Shown: positions 1-9,432, numbered from the stretch's first letter. The stretch is DNA of 64,000 nucleotides from an uncultured delta proteobacterium (GCA_963716775.1 CAVQUI010000004.1:288360-352359), one strand, 5' to 3'. Notes: generated from the sequence alone by a model not told the origin. A program made the numbers and translations.

Positions 1-18
1 GGAACTAGGAGATTGACG

Positions 19-435
19 ATGTCCCCCTCTGTACTTGCGCTCGTCGGCTATGTTGCATGGACGATCTTGCTGGCGACGACGATCGTGTTCTATCGAACCC
101 TGCTCGTGCTCAAGAAGGAGCGCGCCGCAAACGACTTTCTCCCGAGCGGCGAAGACGTCTCTCCCTTCTCCAACCGGCTTTGCCGTGCCCACGCGAATTG
201 CTATGAGAATCTGCCGGTTTTTGCGGCACTGATCCTTCTCGCGCTCGTCACCGGCACTGCGGGCATCACCGACCCGCTGGCGCGCTGGGTGCTGGTCGCA
301 AGGGTGGCCCAGTCGACGGTGCACCTGATTTCCACGAGCGAGATGGCCGTGTCGCTTCGCGCGGTCTTTCTGCTCGTCCAGCTCGGCGTCGAGGCCTACT
401 GGGTCGTTCAGCTCGGGCTCCTCGGATTCGGCTAG
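19..435 (+). CDS. MAPEG-family integral membrane protein (membrane glutathione S-transferase-like)
   Basis: ORF 13..435 begins with TTG, but the ATG at 19 is preceded by AGGAG (7-11). About 138 aa with four hydrophobic helices. The RLCRAHANCYENLPVF segment is typical of MAPEG proteins. Confidence 0.7.
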   Translation: MSPSVLALVGYVAWTILLATTIVFYRTLLVLKKERAANDFLPSGEDVSPFSNRLCRAHANCYENLPVFAALILLALVTGTAGITDPLARWVLVARVAQSTVHLISTSEMAVSLRAVFLLVQLGVEAYWVVQLGLLGFG

Positions 436-443
436 CCGAAAGC

Positions 444-3400
444 TCAGTGGAAGTCCCGGCTTCGGTGCGCGTGCTCGGCGAGTGAAATATCGGGTGCCCA
501 TAGCGATTTCGCGATCAGGTGAATGACGCCGTCGGCTTTTTGAATCTCGCCCGTCACGCCGAGCAAGGCAGCGGTTTTGGCAAGCGCAGCGTGGCGGTCG
601 AAGACCTGCTTCCAGACGACCACGTTGACGAAGCCGGTTTCGTCTTCGAGCGTAAAGAAGGTGACGCCTGATGCCGTGCCAGGACGCTGACGGCAAATCA
701 CCATGCCGACGTACTCGAGCTCGTCTCCGTGCGCGCAGAGGTGGAAACGGCTTGCTTCGGGGATGCCTCGTGAACGAAGCGCATCGCGAAGACCCCGCAT
801 GGGATGGCCGCGCGTGCTGTGCTGGCTCGATCGATAGTCCCAGATCACCTCGTCGTCGTTCGCCAGGGACGCAAATGAGATCTGACTCGATGCCGGCTCG
901 AGCGGCAAGGAATCCCGAGCGAAACGCGACAGACTGCGCACCTGCCAGATCGCGTCGCGCCGATTGAGCCCGAAGCACTCGAAAGCGCCCGCTTCGGCCA
1001 GCGCATGTAGGGCCCTCTTGTTGAGTCCCGTCCGGCGAACGAAGGTCGCGAGGTTCGGCTGTGGCGGCATGCTAGCCTCGATGCGCTCTCGTTCGAGGAC
1101 TCCGAGCCCCTTCACGTATCGGAGCCCCATCCTCACCCCGTAAAGACGACCCTTTGTGTCGTCCATGGGGCTTGGCCCCTTCTTGCTGTCTATCGGGAAA
1201 AGGGTGCAATCCCATTGGCTTTTGTTGATGTCGACAGGCCGGACCTCGACGCCGTGCCGCTTGGCGTCTTCGACCAGGGTAGCTGGGCTGTAGAAACCCA
1301 TCGGCTGGGCGTTCAGGAGCGCGCAAGTGAACACCTCGTGGTGGTGACGCCGGAGCCAGGCGGTTACGTAGGCGAGCAAGGCAAAGGACGCGGCATGACT
1401 TTCGGGAAAGCCGTACTCACCAAATCCGCGAATCTGAGAGAACACGCGCTCCGCAAACTCCTCGGGGATACCTTCCTCGAGCATTCGCGGGACCATGCGT
1501 GCGCGGTGCTTCTCGATGCGACCGGACTTGCGCCATGCCGCCATGTCACGACGCAACTGATCGGCTTCGCCCGCGGTGTAGCCAGCGGCTTCGACGGCTA
1601 GCTTCATGACCTGCTCTTGGAAGATCGGAACGCCGAGCGTCTTCTTCAAGATACGCTCCAACTTCGGGTGCGGATAGACGACCTCTTCTTCACCCTTCCG
1701 TCGACGCAGATACGGATGCACCATGTCGCCTTGGATCGGACCGGGACGCACGATCGCGACTTCGATTACCAAGTCGTAGAAAGTGCGTGGCTGAAGCCGT
1801 GGCAGCATCGCCATCTGCGCGCGGCTTTCAATTTGAAATACGCCGACTGTGTCGCCTTTGGACACCATCTCGTATGTGGCTTCGTCTTCTGCAGGGACCG
1901 TTGCGATCTCGAGGGACCGCCCCTTGTGCTCGCGGAGTAGGTCAAAGGCATGGTGGATGCAGCTGAGCGCTCCGAGACCCAAGAGGTCGACCTTGAACAG
2001 GGCGAGATTCTCGACATCGTACTTGTCCCACTGGATGACGGTGCGCGCTTCCATGCTGGCTGGCTCAATGGGGACGATCTCGTCGACAGGTCTGTGCCCG
2101 AGCAGGAACCCGCCCGGGTGAATCGATAAATGCCTAGGAAAATCCAGCACTTGAGTCGCCAGGGACCATAGTTGCCGAGTCGCCGGCGCGTCCTTGTCGA
2201 GGCCGGCTTCTCGAAGGAGCTCGGGGTTGAAGCTGTCGTCGCGATGTCTCAGCAGTCGCGTCGCGGTTTCCAGATCCGTTCGTGCCAAGCCCAGAACTTT
2301 GCCCACATCGCGAACCGCGGAACGAATCCGATAGCGAATGATGTTCGCAACCATTGCGGCATGGCGGCGCCCGTACTTCTGGTAAACGTGTTGAATGACT
2401 TCTTCGCGTCGTTCGTGCTCGATGTCGAGATCGATGTCCGGCGGTTCTGCGCGTTCGACGCTCAGGAAACGTTCGAACAACAAGTCCATGCGAACAGGAT
2501 CGATTGCGGTGATGCCTAGACAAAAACACACGGCACTGTTCGCTGCGCTGCCGCGACCTTGGCACAAGATGTTTTGCTGCCGGCAGTACTGAACGATCTC
2601 GTACATCGTGAGAAAGTAGCCGCCATAGTCGAGCTTGCGAATGATCTGAAGCTCGCGTTCGATCTGTGTGCGAACGTCGGCAGGCACCTTGCCTTGGTAG
2701 CGCGTGCGAGCGCCGCGGAACGTGAGCTCGCGCAGCCAACCCTGCTCGCTCTGACCGGAAGGAAGATGCTCTTCTGGATATCGGTAACGAAGGTCGTCGA
2801 GACTGAAGGTGCACTGCTCGGCTATCTCGAGCGTACGACGAAGGCATGCAGGGTCATCCGCAAAGAGGCGTTCGAGCTCCTGGGCGGGTTTGAGGTCGTG
2901 CTCTGCATTCGAGCAAATCGTGTGCCCGGCCTCCGAAAGCACCTTTCCCCAACGAATACAGGATAAAACGTCTTGTAGCGGGCGCCGTAGCTTGTCGTGA
3001 TAGAGGACTTCGTTGACGCCTACCGTCTGCACGCAGAGCTCTGTTGCCACAGAGCGCAAGGCTTTCTCTTTCGGCTTTTCGTGATCGCTTAGATGACGCG
3101 CGCAAAGGGCGAATACAGACGAAGGGCCATGACTCGCATGTAGGACACGCAGCGCTTCGGGTCTTGCAGAGAGAAAAAACAAGTCGCGCAGTGGATCGAG
3201 GTCTTCGCTGTGGATGAGAGAAACACCTTTCTCGCAACGGGCGTGACCAAGTGACAAGACTCTGCACAGATCAGCGTAGCCGCGCCGCGTTCTGGCGAGT
3301 GCCAGGACATGCTGTGCATGGCCTTCGATTTCGACGAGGAGCTGAGCTCCAGTCACGATGCGAATGCCTAGCTCTTTGGCTCGCATATGCGCGCGTACCA

Positions 3401-3542
3401 GTCCGTACACTCCGTCACGGTCGGTCATTGCGATCGCAGGAAGACCAAGCGCATGTGCGCGCTCGACGAGCTCTTCAGGAAAGGAAGCGCCTTCCAAGAA
3501 ACTGTGGTTGCTCTTGACCCACAACGGAACGTACGCGTTCAT
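444..3542 (-). CDS. dnaE2: Error-prone DNA polymerase III alpha-like subunit DnaE2 (ImuC)
   Basis: 1032-aa ORF with an N-terminal PHP domain (SNHSFLEGASFPEELV...AMTDRDGVYG) and a pol III alpha core. ATG at 3540-3542. It directly abuts the imuB stop codon (3543-3545). Confidence 0.95.
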   Translation of the reverse strand: MNAYVPLWVKSNHSFLEGASFPEELVERAHALGLPAIAMTDRDGVYGLVRAHMRAKELGIRIVTGAQLLVEIEGHAQHVLALARTRRGYADLCRVLSLGHARCEKGVSLIHSEDLDPLRDLFFLSARPEALRVLHASHGPSSVFALCARHLSDHEKPKEKALRSVATELCVQTVGVNEVLYHDKLRRPLQDVLSCIRWGKVLSEAGHTICSNAEHDLKPAQELERLFADDPACLRRTLEIAEQCTFSLDDLRYRYPEEHLPSGQSEQGWLRELTFRGARTRYQGKVPADVRTQIERELQIIRKLDYGGYFLTMYEIVQYCRQQNILCQGRGSAANSAVCFCLGITAIDPVRMDLLFERFLSVERAEPPDIDLDIEHERREEVIQHVYQKYGRRHAAMVANIIRYRIRSAVRDVGKVLGLARTDLETATRLLRHRDDSFNPELLREAGLDKDAPATRQLWSLATQVLDFPRHLSIHPGGFLLGHRPVDEIVPIEPASMEARTVIQWDKYDVENLALFKVDLLGLGALSCIHHAFDLLREHKGRSLEIATVPAEDEATYEMVSKGDTVGVFQIESRAQMAMLPRLQPRTFYDLVIEVAIVRPGPIQGDMVHPYLRRRKGEEEVVYPHPKLERILKKTLGVPIFQEQVMKLAVEAAGYTAGEADQLRRDMAAWRKSGRIEKHRARMVPRMLEEGIPEEFAERVFSQIRGFGEYGFPESHAASFALLAYVTAWLRRHHHEVFTCALLNAQPMGFYSPATLVEDAKRHGVEVRPVDINKSQWDCTLFPIDSKKGPSPMDDTKGRLYGVRMGLRYVKGLGVLERERIEASMPPQPNLATFVRRTGLNKRALHALAEAGAFECFGLNRRDAIWQVRSLSRFARDSLPLEPASSQISFASLANDDEVIWDYRSSQHSTRGHPMRGLRDALRSRGIPEASRFHLCAHGDELEYVGMVICRQRPGTASGVTFFTLEDETGFVNVVVWKQVFDRHAALAKTAALLGVTGEIQKADGVIHLIAKSLWAPDISLAEHAHRSRDFH

Positions 3543-5024
3543 TCAATCGAGACGCCCGTGCAAGAACCAACGCTTACGCGGACGGTCGTAGAAGAGCCAG
3601 AGCAAGTCGCCGTGATCTGTTTCCGCGTAGTAGTAGTCGCGTTCGACCAGGCGTTTCCACCAGCCACCGCTTACGCGGTACGGACCGTACATGTGCTCGA
3701 TCGCATGGTTTTCTGCGAGTGAAGGCCCAGCCTCCGGCTCCGTGGGGACACGGGAAGGGAGTGGCTTGGGGCGAGCATAGACCCTTCGAATCATTGATGA
3801 AATTGGGGTTGCTTCGCTTTGCTCGCCAAGCCGCGCATGTTGAATGGGCTCCCAGCGAAAGGAGGCTTCCGGCAAGTGCGCTTCGCGCAGACTGGCCTTG
3901 GTCACCGATTGTTCGCCGTACGCAGCACGAATGCGGTCGAGTGCGCGGTGTGCAGCTCTCATGTCGCGACGGGTTTGATGACCGGGGAGTGCAACTTGCT
4001 CCGCCTGCGAGCGCACCGTCTTGGCAAGGAGCTCCACTTCTTCGACGGCACCTTGCAAGCTCCCCTCGCCGAGGCGAAGACGAATGAGCTCGAGCAACAA
4101 GATCAGATCCAAGGTCGGCGATGCGGGCTCGATCTGTTCCTGGTGAAGCGGTGCACGTTCCAAATGGAGTGAAAGATCGAGGCCTTGGATAGATTCTCCG
4201 CGCGCGCGCACCTGATGCAGCAATGAGTGCAAGGCGCCTTTGATTGCAAACAGCAAACGGGTTTGATCCTTGTCGGGCGGCTCGACTTGAAAAGAGATGC
4301 GAGCTGGCTCGTCGAAGGCATGTGGCTGAATTGGCAACTGCATGCCATCAGCAAAAGAATCGTGAAACGCGCTTGCCTGGGCACCGAAACGACTCAGGAG
4401 CTCTCCTCCGGGCACCGCGAGAAAATCACCGAGCGTTTCGATGCCCAATGCGCCAAGGCTTTCGCAAAGCTCTCCTGGTAGATCGAATTCACGAAGCGCG
4501 GTTCGGTTCGAACGTTCGCGCTCCTCATCGAGGCTCTCCGAGATGCAGATCCCTCGGCACGCCATCGCGACCGCGAGCGCTCTCTGCCGATGAAAGCCCA
4601 CTGCCACCGAGTTGCCCCAGTGCCGAGCCCGCAAATACCGGTGAATGGAGCTCGCCCAGTTGCGATAACCACCGTAAAGGCGCCGCAGGCCTTCAGGATC
4701 GAGCTGGAATGCGCCGGCCTGATCGAGCGCTTCGACCCGGGGCGAGAAGGTTTGAAGCGCCCTGATCAACTCCTGGCTGACTTCGTCGACTTCATTGGGC
4801 AACACGACGGCGGTGTGCAGGTTCGCAAGAAGATCGCGCGCGACGGTTTGACGCATGCCGATGCGAAGGCGGCTCTTCTTTGCAAGCGAGTTGAGATGCG
4901 TGATGCGACCGCCCGGGCCTTCGTCATCGACGACGGCAATGGGAGCAGCGCCCCAGTGCGGCTTTTTGCGCAAAAGAATTTGCAACGGAAGCATCGGCAA
5001 AAGAACGCAGCACACTCTCTTCAT
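3543..5024 (-). CDS. imuB: ImuB, Y-family polymerase-like accessory protein
   Basis: 493 aa. The N-terminus (VLLPMLPLQILLRKKPHW...PIAVVDD) is typical of ImuB. It lies between imuA and dnaE2, and ATGA at 5021-5024 overlaps the imuA stop. Confidence 0.9.
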   Translation of the reverse strand: MKRVCCVLLPMLPLQILLRKKPHWGAAPIAVVDDEGPGGRITHLNSLAKKSRLRIGMRQTVARDLLANLHTAVVLPNEVDEVSQELIRALQTFSPRVEALDQAGAFQLDPEGLRRLYGGYRNWASSIHRYLRARHWGNSVAVGFHRQRALAVAMACRGICISESLDEERERSNRTALREFDLPGELCESLGALGIETLGDFLAVPGGELLSRFGAQASAFHDSFADGMQLPIQPHAFDEPARISFQVEPPDKDQTRLLFAIKGALHSLLHQVRARGESIQGLDLSLHLERAPLHQEQIEPASPTLDLILLLELIRLRLGEGSLQGAVEEVELLAKTVRSQAEQVALPGHQTRRDMRAAHRALDRIRAAYGEQSVTKASLREAHLPEASFRWEPIQHARLGEQSEATPISSMIRRVYARPKPLPSRVPTEPEAGPSLAENHAIEHMYGPYRVSGGWWKRLVERDYYYAETDHGDLLWLFYDRPRKRWFLHGRLD

Positions 5025-5653
5025 GACCCGCCTCGTAAACCGGCCGGAGCGATCGGTCTGATCGATGAGAGCTCGGCGGTAATGCCAACCTTGTCTTTGA
5101 GAACATGCGTGCGAACTTCGAAGCGATCGGCGTGAAGAGGGCCGCGTTGAGCTTCGACGCGCAAGCCAACCAAAGGACCCGAGGAAGGTTCTTCGTATGC
5201 GCTCGAAGTGAGCAAGAGAATGCGCCCGTCGTGCTGACGCAAGAGACCTTGAAGGCGACCTTGCCAGTTGACCGAAGAGCCGGGCGGGAGCGCATCACTG
5301 AGGTCGATGACCGTCAGACCGAACGCGCCGGAACGCGCAAGCCACTCGGCAGCCCGAACCAATGCGAATGGGCCTGCATGACGCGGCACGTGAATTACGA
5401 TGAACGAATCGAGATCGACCCCGGCCGCATCGAGGTCGGGCGGAAACAAAGCGCCGTCCTTGGGCTGTACCCAGGCGACCAGCTCGGCGCGTGCCTGCGC
5501 TTGAATCACGCAGGACACCGCCGTTGTCGTCCGCGCGCATGCATGACGCCCCGAAACCTCGACCAGCCGCCCCCGAGGTAAGAGCTCCGAGAGCGGCAAA
5601 ACTTTCGCTCTAACGCGCCGAGCCTCAAAATCGATGACAGTCCCGACAGACAT
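5021..5653 (-). CDS. imuA: ImuA, RecA/SulA-like SOS cell-division-inhibitor-like protein
   Basis: Start taken as the ATG at 5651-5653 (MSVGTVIDFEARR...). The longer ORF to 5758 would run through the SOS box and an AT-rich gap. It has a RecA-fold-like core (GRLVEVSG...) and is the first gene of the imuA-imuB-dnaE2 cassette. Confidence 0.8.
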   Translation of the reverse strand: MSVGTVIDFEARRVRAKVLPLSELLPRGRLVEVSGRHACARTTTAVSCVIQAQARAELVAWVQPKDGALFPPDLDAAGVDLDSFIVIHVPRHAGPFALVRAAEWLARSGAFGLTVIDLSDALPPGSSVNWQGRLQGLLRQHDGRILLLTSSAYEEPSSGPLVGLRVEAQRGPLHADRFEVRTHVLKDKVGITAELSSIRPIAPAGLRGGS

Positions 5654-5667
5654 GGGACCATCCAATA

Positions 5668-5688
5668 TACTGAACAAAATAACAGTTA
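5668..5688. promoter_or_regulatory. LexA (SOS) box, TACTGAACAAAATAACAGTTA
   Basis: CTG-N10-CAG palindrome (CTGA-N8-ACAG) located 15 nt upstream of the imuA ATG in an AT-rich gap. The minus-strand reading is CTGTTATTTTGTTCAG. Confidence 0.65.
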
Positions 5689-5691
5689 CAA

Positions 5692-5823
5692 GGGGGACAC
5701 TCTCCCCCCTCCCAACCCCCTGAAAACAAAAGGAAAATACGAGAAAGATCGCAATCAATTGTTGCGATCTTTGCCTGGGGAGCGCAGTGATCTCGGGGGG
5801 TTAGGGGGGTAGAGAGTGTCCCT
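5692..5823. repeat. Long-range imperfect inverted repeat (arms 5692-5720 and 5795-5823) rich in C/G runs
   Basis: The left arm is GGGGGACACTCTCCCCCCTCCCAACCCCC. The right arm GGGGGGTTAGGGGGGTAGAGAGTGTCCC is close to its reverse complement. The right arm overlaps the last codons of the cNMP gene. Confidence 0.6.
5721..5770 (-). terminator. Candidate intrinsic terminator after the cNMP-binding gene
   Basis: Hairpin AGATCGCAA / TTGCGATCT (9-bp stem, 7-nt loop) at 5746-5770. On the minus strand it is followed by TTTCTCGTATTTTCCTTTTGTTTTC. Confidence 0.5.
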
Positions 5824-6694
5824 GGTCGTTGCCGGTGGCGAGTCCTCGGAGGAAGGACATGGCCATGGCGAAGTGGTCTTCCAAGACCTCGAGGAGGAGC
5901 TCCAAATCGATGCGAAATGCGACCAGGTCTTCGACGACTTCGGCTCGGAACCAGCGGCGCTCGTCGGCCATGGCATCGATGGCGCCGACGGAGTCACCGG
6001 GACCCAGCTGGAACTGTTGATCCGGATCTGTGGCGCGACAATCCACGATGCCACGGAGCGGGAGCAGGAAGTAAGTGCTTCGATCGCCGACGTTCCAAAG
6101 AACTTCGCCCTTGGGAAGGTGAACCTCTTGCACATCGCGCGCGAGGTCGGCGATTGCGTCGATCTCACTGTCGCCAAACAAGAATGTCTTTCGGAGAAAT
6201 GCCATTCGTTCGACCAGATCGAAAGGTCGATCCGGAACAGCAAACGGCTTGGCCACAGGTCCAAAGCCTGCGTTCTTGCCGAGCTTGCGCCGCGACTCGA
6301 GCACCTCGCGACTCGTTCCTCGAAGCACGCGCTTCAACAAGACAAAATGATCCTCGAAGATCTCTTGCGAGTCCTCGACCGTGATGGCGAGTGTCACCAT
6401 GTCTTCGAGTGCAACGCAATCGCAACCGAGTTCTTCACCTGCAAGTACGCTCAGGCCCCCGACCACGCTGCGCGACCCCAGACGGCGTACCGCTCTTCCA
6501 TTGCGGATGATCTCGCAATCACCGCTCACCACATACTGGATCTCCATCGCCGGGACCCCGGTTCGGTAGAGGTATTCACCCTTGGCAAAGAATCGCTCAC
6601 GCGTGTTGGACGCGACCAGCTGGGTGACTTCCGCAGGCACCTCCGCGAGCGCCGGCATCGTCCGAAGGAACAAAAACCGCTGAAAACGGTCCAT
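5801..6694 (-). CDS. Protein with two tandem cyclic-nucleotide-binding (CAP/Crp effector-type) domains and no visible HTH
   Basis: ATG at 6692-6694 (MDRFQRFLFLRTMPAL...) with GAAGG upstream. It contains two beta-roll cNMP-like units (FFAKGEYLYRTG...SGDCEII and VHLPKGEVLWNVGD...GIVDC). It starts 13 nt after the stop of the upstream gene. Confidence 0.8.
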   Translation of the reverse strand: MDRFQRFLFLRTMPALAEVPAEVTQLVASNTRERFFAKGEYLYRTGVPAMEIQYVVSGDCEIIRNGRAVRRLGSRSVVGGLSVLAGEELGCDCVALEDMVTLAITVEDSQEIFEDHFVLLKRVLRGTSREVLESRRKLGKNAGFGPVAKPFAVPDRPFDLVERMAFLRKTFLFGDSEIDAIADLARDVQEVHLPKGEVLWNVGDRSTYFLLPLRGIVDCRATDPDQQFQLGPGDSVGAIDAMADERRWFRAEVVEDLVAFRIDLELLLEVLEDHFAMAMSFLRGLATGNDQGHSLPP

Positions 6695-6707
6695 TTGTGT
6701 GCCTTCT

Positions 6708-9359
6708 TCAGACAAGACGCTGCATCTCCTCCGCCCCGCTCGATGTCTCGGGGCCGCCAAGCTCTGCTGCGTGGTGAGCTGCGATGCCGCGGACGACTTC
6801 ACTCTGGTCCTGCATCATCTGCTCCAGTGCCTCCGCGCGGGACATCGGGCGAAGTGTCGTCCCGAGCGCTGCTGCTGCCATCCGAGCGCGTCGCGCAATC
6901 GGCTCTCCGTTGTCGACGATCACAAGCACCGCTTCACGAAAGGCGCCAGGCAGCGTCGCCTCCAGCACTTCGTGGCTCGCCGCTTGCAGCCTACTGTTCT
7001 CGCTCGTCACGCCTCGCCAAACCAAGGCGAAGTTCTCCTCGGGATGCCTGAGTCCCATCAGCGAGAACGCGCGCTCCAGGGTTGCCCGCTCCTTGTCTTG
7101 AAGCGCAACGCGCAAGAGCTCGGCGTCGGGTGTTTCGGCACGGTCATTGCTTTCGATCGCCGAGCGCCACTGAAGAAGTCGTACGACGCGCAACAAGCTC
7201 GCACGAAGTTGTTCCTGCAAGAGCGCATCGTCGAGAACAGTCGACGGATGGCTTGATTGCAAGCGGCCGAGCGCTCGCAGAATCCTCAAACGCACGCCTC
7301 CTTCCTGCTCCCGCTCCAACTGCCGAAGCAGGATGTAGGCGGCTTGCGGTGGATCGAAAAGGATGATCGTATGCGGGATGCGACGGCGTACCTTCCGGGG
7401 CGTCGATGGGTTCGAAAGCGCCTCTTGCAGCGCTACCAAGGCTTCGGGCCCAATCGCCAACACGGCCTTGCGCGCCTGCGCGCGCAGATTGGAGCTCCCC
7501 AAAAGCCGCAAGAGATGTGGAAAATATCGCGGGTCCGGGTTTCCTTCCATGGCCCGCAGGGTCTCGAAACGCACCGAGTCGTCATCGCTCGCGATGAGCT
7601 TGATCAGCGTTTCGTGAAAGACCGCGCCGCCTTCGTGTCGAATTGCCCGGGCGAGCGACGACTGCGCGTGCGGGTTCCCCGAGCCAATCCATTCATCCAA
7701 TTTCGCAGCCGACACGCCGCTGCCGTTTCCCCGTCCATCGTTCAAGCCGAGCAAGCCGACCAGTGCCGTGGCTCGAACGATCGAAGCCTCGACGTCGAGC
7801 CTTTCTTCGAGGAGGCGTCGATCAGGATCAGCCGCGGTCAGCGCACGAAGTGCGGCCGCGCGGACGTCCGGATCCTCGTCCGAGAGCATACGCCGAGCGA
7901 CCGGGACGAAACGCAAGTCCGATGCTTCGGCGAATGCTTCTAGGGCGCGGCTGCGCACTTCGACCGAGGGATGATAGAGGAGCAGCACCGGAATCGAGTC
8001 TGTTCTTCCGTGGCGATCAAAGATATCGATGGCCGCGAGAACCTCCGCATCCTGATCGCTGTTCAGGGAACTGAGCAGAACATCGAGAGAATGCCGATCC
8101 AGCTCTTCGAGCTCGAGCCGCATGTCGATGGCACCACGCCGAAGTCGCGCACGAAACTGATCCACGTACTGGCGACGCGTCGACATGATCGCTACGAGCC
8201 AGCCAAGGACGAGAAACAGAAGCGACAGCCCGAGCTGCGGGGTCGTCAGGCCAACCCCCACGGCCGCGATGATGAGCAAGGACGCCAGCGCTTGCCCCAC
8301 GCGATGTCCAAACACCTCGATGAGACCCTTGGCCCGCTCGCGCCGTCTGCCGTCGAGCGGCAGGTAGAGCACCTCGACCGCGCTTCGATAGAGCGTGTGC
8401 CGCAGGGTTCCATCGACCGCCTTGAGCGCCACGGCAGAAGGCAGAATTGGTCCAAGGGCAAGGCCGAGGGCGCCGCCGAAGATCAAGACCGGTAACAGTG
8501 CGGAGCTCCGGTGGGCGCCGAACGCGCGCAAGAGCCAGCCCGCGCCGATGAGCTGCACCAGGAGCGCCACGCTGTTTAGGCCCAGGTAGAAACGCGCGAA
8601 GAACGGGCCGAGCCCTTCCAGCGGGATCTGTTCAGCCACCGTGCTCTTGAAGACGAAATCGACGATGGTGAGGGCGATCGTCCCCATCATGACGAACCCG
8701 AGGACGCGGGCGAGGTAACTGTCCCGAAGAAGCCAGCGCAGCGAAGGCCCCGGCTCGGCTCGAGGCTGATCTGCAGCGGCCGCGCTCGAGATCCTCCAAA
8801 GAAACGGCGTGACTCCAGCCAGCGCCAAGATCGCGGCCGCCGTGAAGACGAGCGCGACGGGCGGAGCCACTCGCATCACGCCTTCGGAAAGCAGGGAACC
8901 GAAAGTGGCGCCAGTCACACCGCCCGCCGCGATTGCAGGAAAAATTCGCTTCGCCTGCGTCACAGTCACCGCGTCGTCGAGCAAAAGCCAGAACTCGATC
9001 AACACGACGGTGATGAGCAACCCCGTCCAAACGTAGAATCCAAACGGCGCCCAGGCTCCAAGCGTGTCGAGCAGCGCCCAGAAGCCCAGCGTCACCAGCG
9101 CGCCGAACACGAGCGATGCGGACAAGAGTCGTCTTCGATCGCGCACGCGGCGAAGCACCTGCTCGTGGACTTTCAGCTCTAAGATCGCCAGCACCGCAAT
9201 CGCCAGGTATGCGCGGGGCAGATGGTCAGCCGGCAAGCTCGTCAAGAACAAGGTGTCGCGGGCCGTCTCCATGACGGAATGCGCAGTCATGATCGCCAGC
9301 AAGCCGATGAAGCCCACGGCCAGGTTCCTTCGGTCCTCTCGGCGAACGGAAAAGCGCAT
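6708..9359 (-). CDS. Polytopic transporter domain (MFS/TLC nucleotide-transporter-like, about 12 TM) fused to a C-terminal HEAT/PBS-lyase-type repeat domain
   Basis: 883 aa, ATG at 9357-9359. The N-terminal ~420 aa are hydrophobic helices (…MTAHSVMETARDTLFLTSLP…). The C-terminal half carries repeated units of the form D.D..VR..AL.AL (SDEDPDVRAAALRAL, DDDSVRFETLRAM, HPSVEVRSRALEAF). Confidence 0.7.
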   Translation of the reverse strand: MRFSVRREDRRNLAVGFIGLLAIMTAHSVMETARDTLFLTSLPADHLPRAYLAIAVLAILELKVHEQVLRRVRDRRRLLSASLVFGALVTLGFWALLDTLGAWAPFGFYVWTGLLITVVLIEFWLLLDDAVTVTQAKRIFPAIAAGGVTGATFGSLLSEGVMRVAPPVALVFTAAAILALAGVTPFLWRISSAAAADQPRAEPGPSLRWLLRDSYLARVLGFVMMGTIALTIVDFVFKSTVAEQIPLEGLGPFFARFYLGLNSVALLVQLIGAGWLLRAFGAHRSSALLPVLIFGGALGLALGPILPSAVALKAVDGTLRHTLYRSAVEVLYLPLDGRRRERAKGLIEVFGHRVGQALASLLIIAAVGVGLTTPQLGLSLLFLVLGWLVAIMSTRRQYVDQFRARLRRGAIDMRLELEELDRHSLDVLLSSLNSDQDAEVLAAIDIFDRHGRTDSIPVLLLYHPSVEVRSRALEAFAEASDLRFVPVARRMLSDEDPDVRAAALRALTAADPDRRLLEERLDVEASIVRATALVGLLGLNDGRGNGSGVSAAKLDEWIGSGNPHAQSSLARAIRHEGGAVFHETLIKLIASDDDSVRFETLRAMEGNPDPRYFPHLLRLLGSSNLRAQARKAVLAIGPEALVALQEALSNPSTPRKVRRRIPHTIILFDPPQAAYILLRQLEREQEGGVRLRILRALGRLQSSHPSTVLDDALLQEQLRASLLRVVRLLQWRSAIESNDRAETPDAELLRVALQDKERATLERAFSLMGLRHPEENFALVWRGVTSENSRLQAASHEVLEATLPGAFREAVLVIVDNGEPIARRARMAAAALGTTLRPMSRAEALEQMMQDQSEVVRGIAAHHAAELGGPETSSGAEEMQRLV

Positions 9360-9432
9360 GTTTCAGCCGCAACTTAGCGTCAAAACGATCACAAGCACAT
9401 TTCTAGTGCGCTGAATGCGACGCACGAGGGAG

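Noticed and set aside
5816-7051. 411-aa plus-strand ORF, with nested ORFs at 5829-6020 and 5917-6384
   Set aside because: It is antisense to the cNMP-binding gene and to the end of the HEAT fusion gene. Its composition is Arg/Ser/Pro-rich, and the opposite strand carries recognisable domains.
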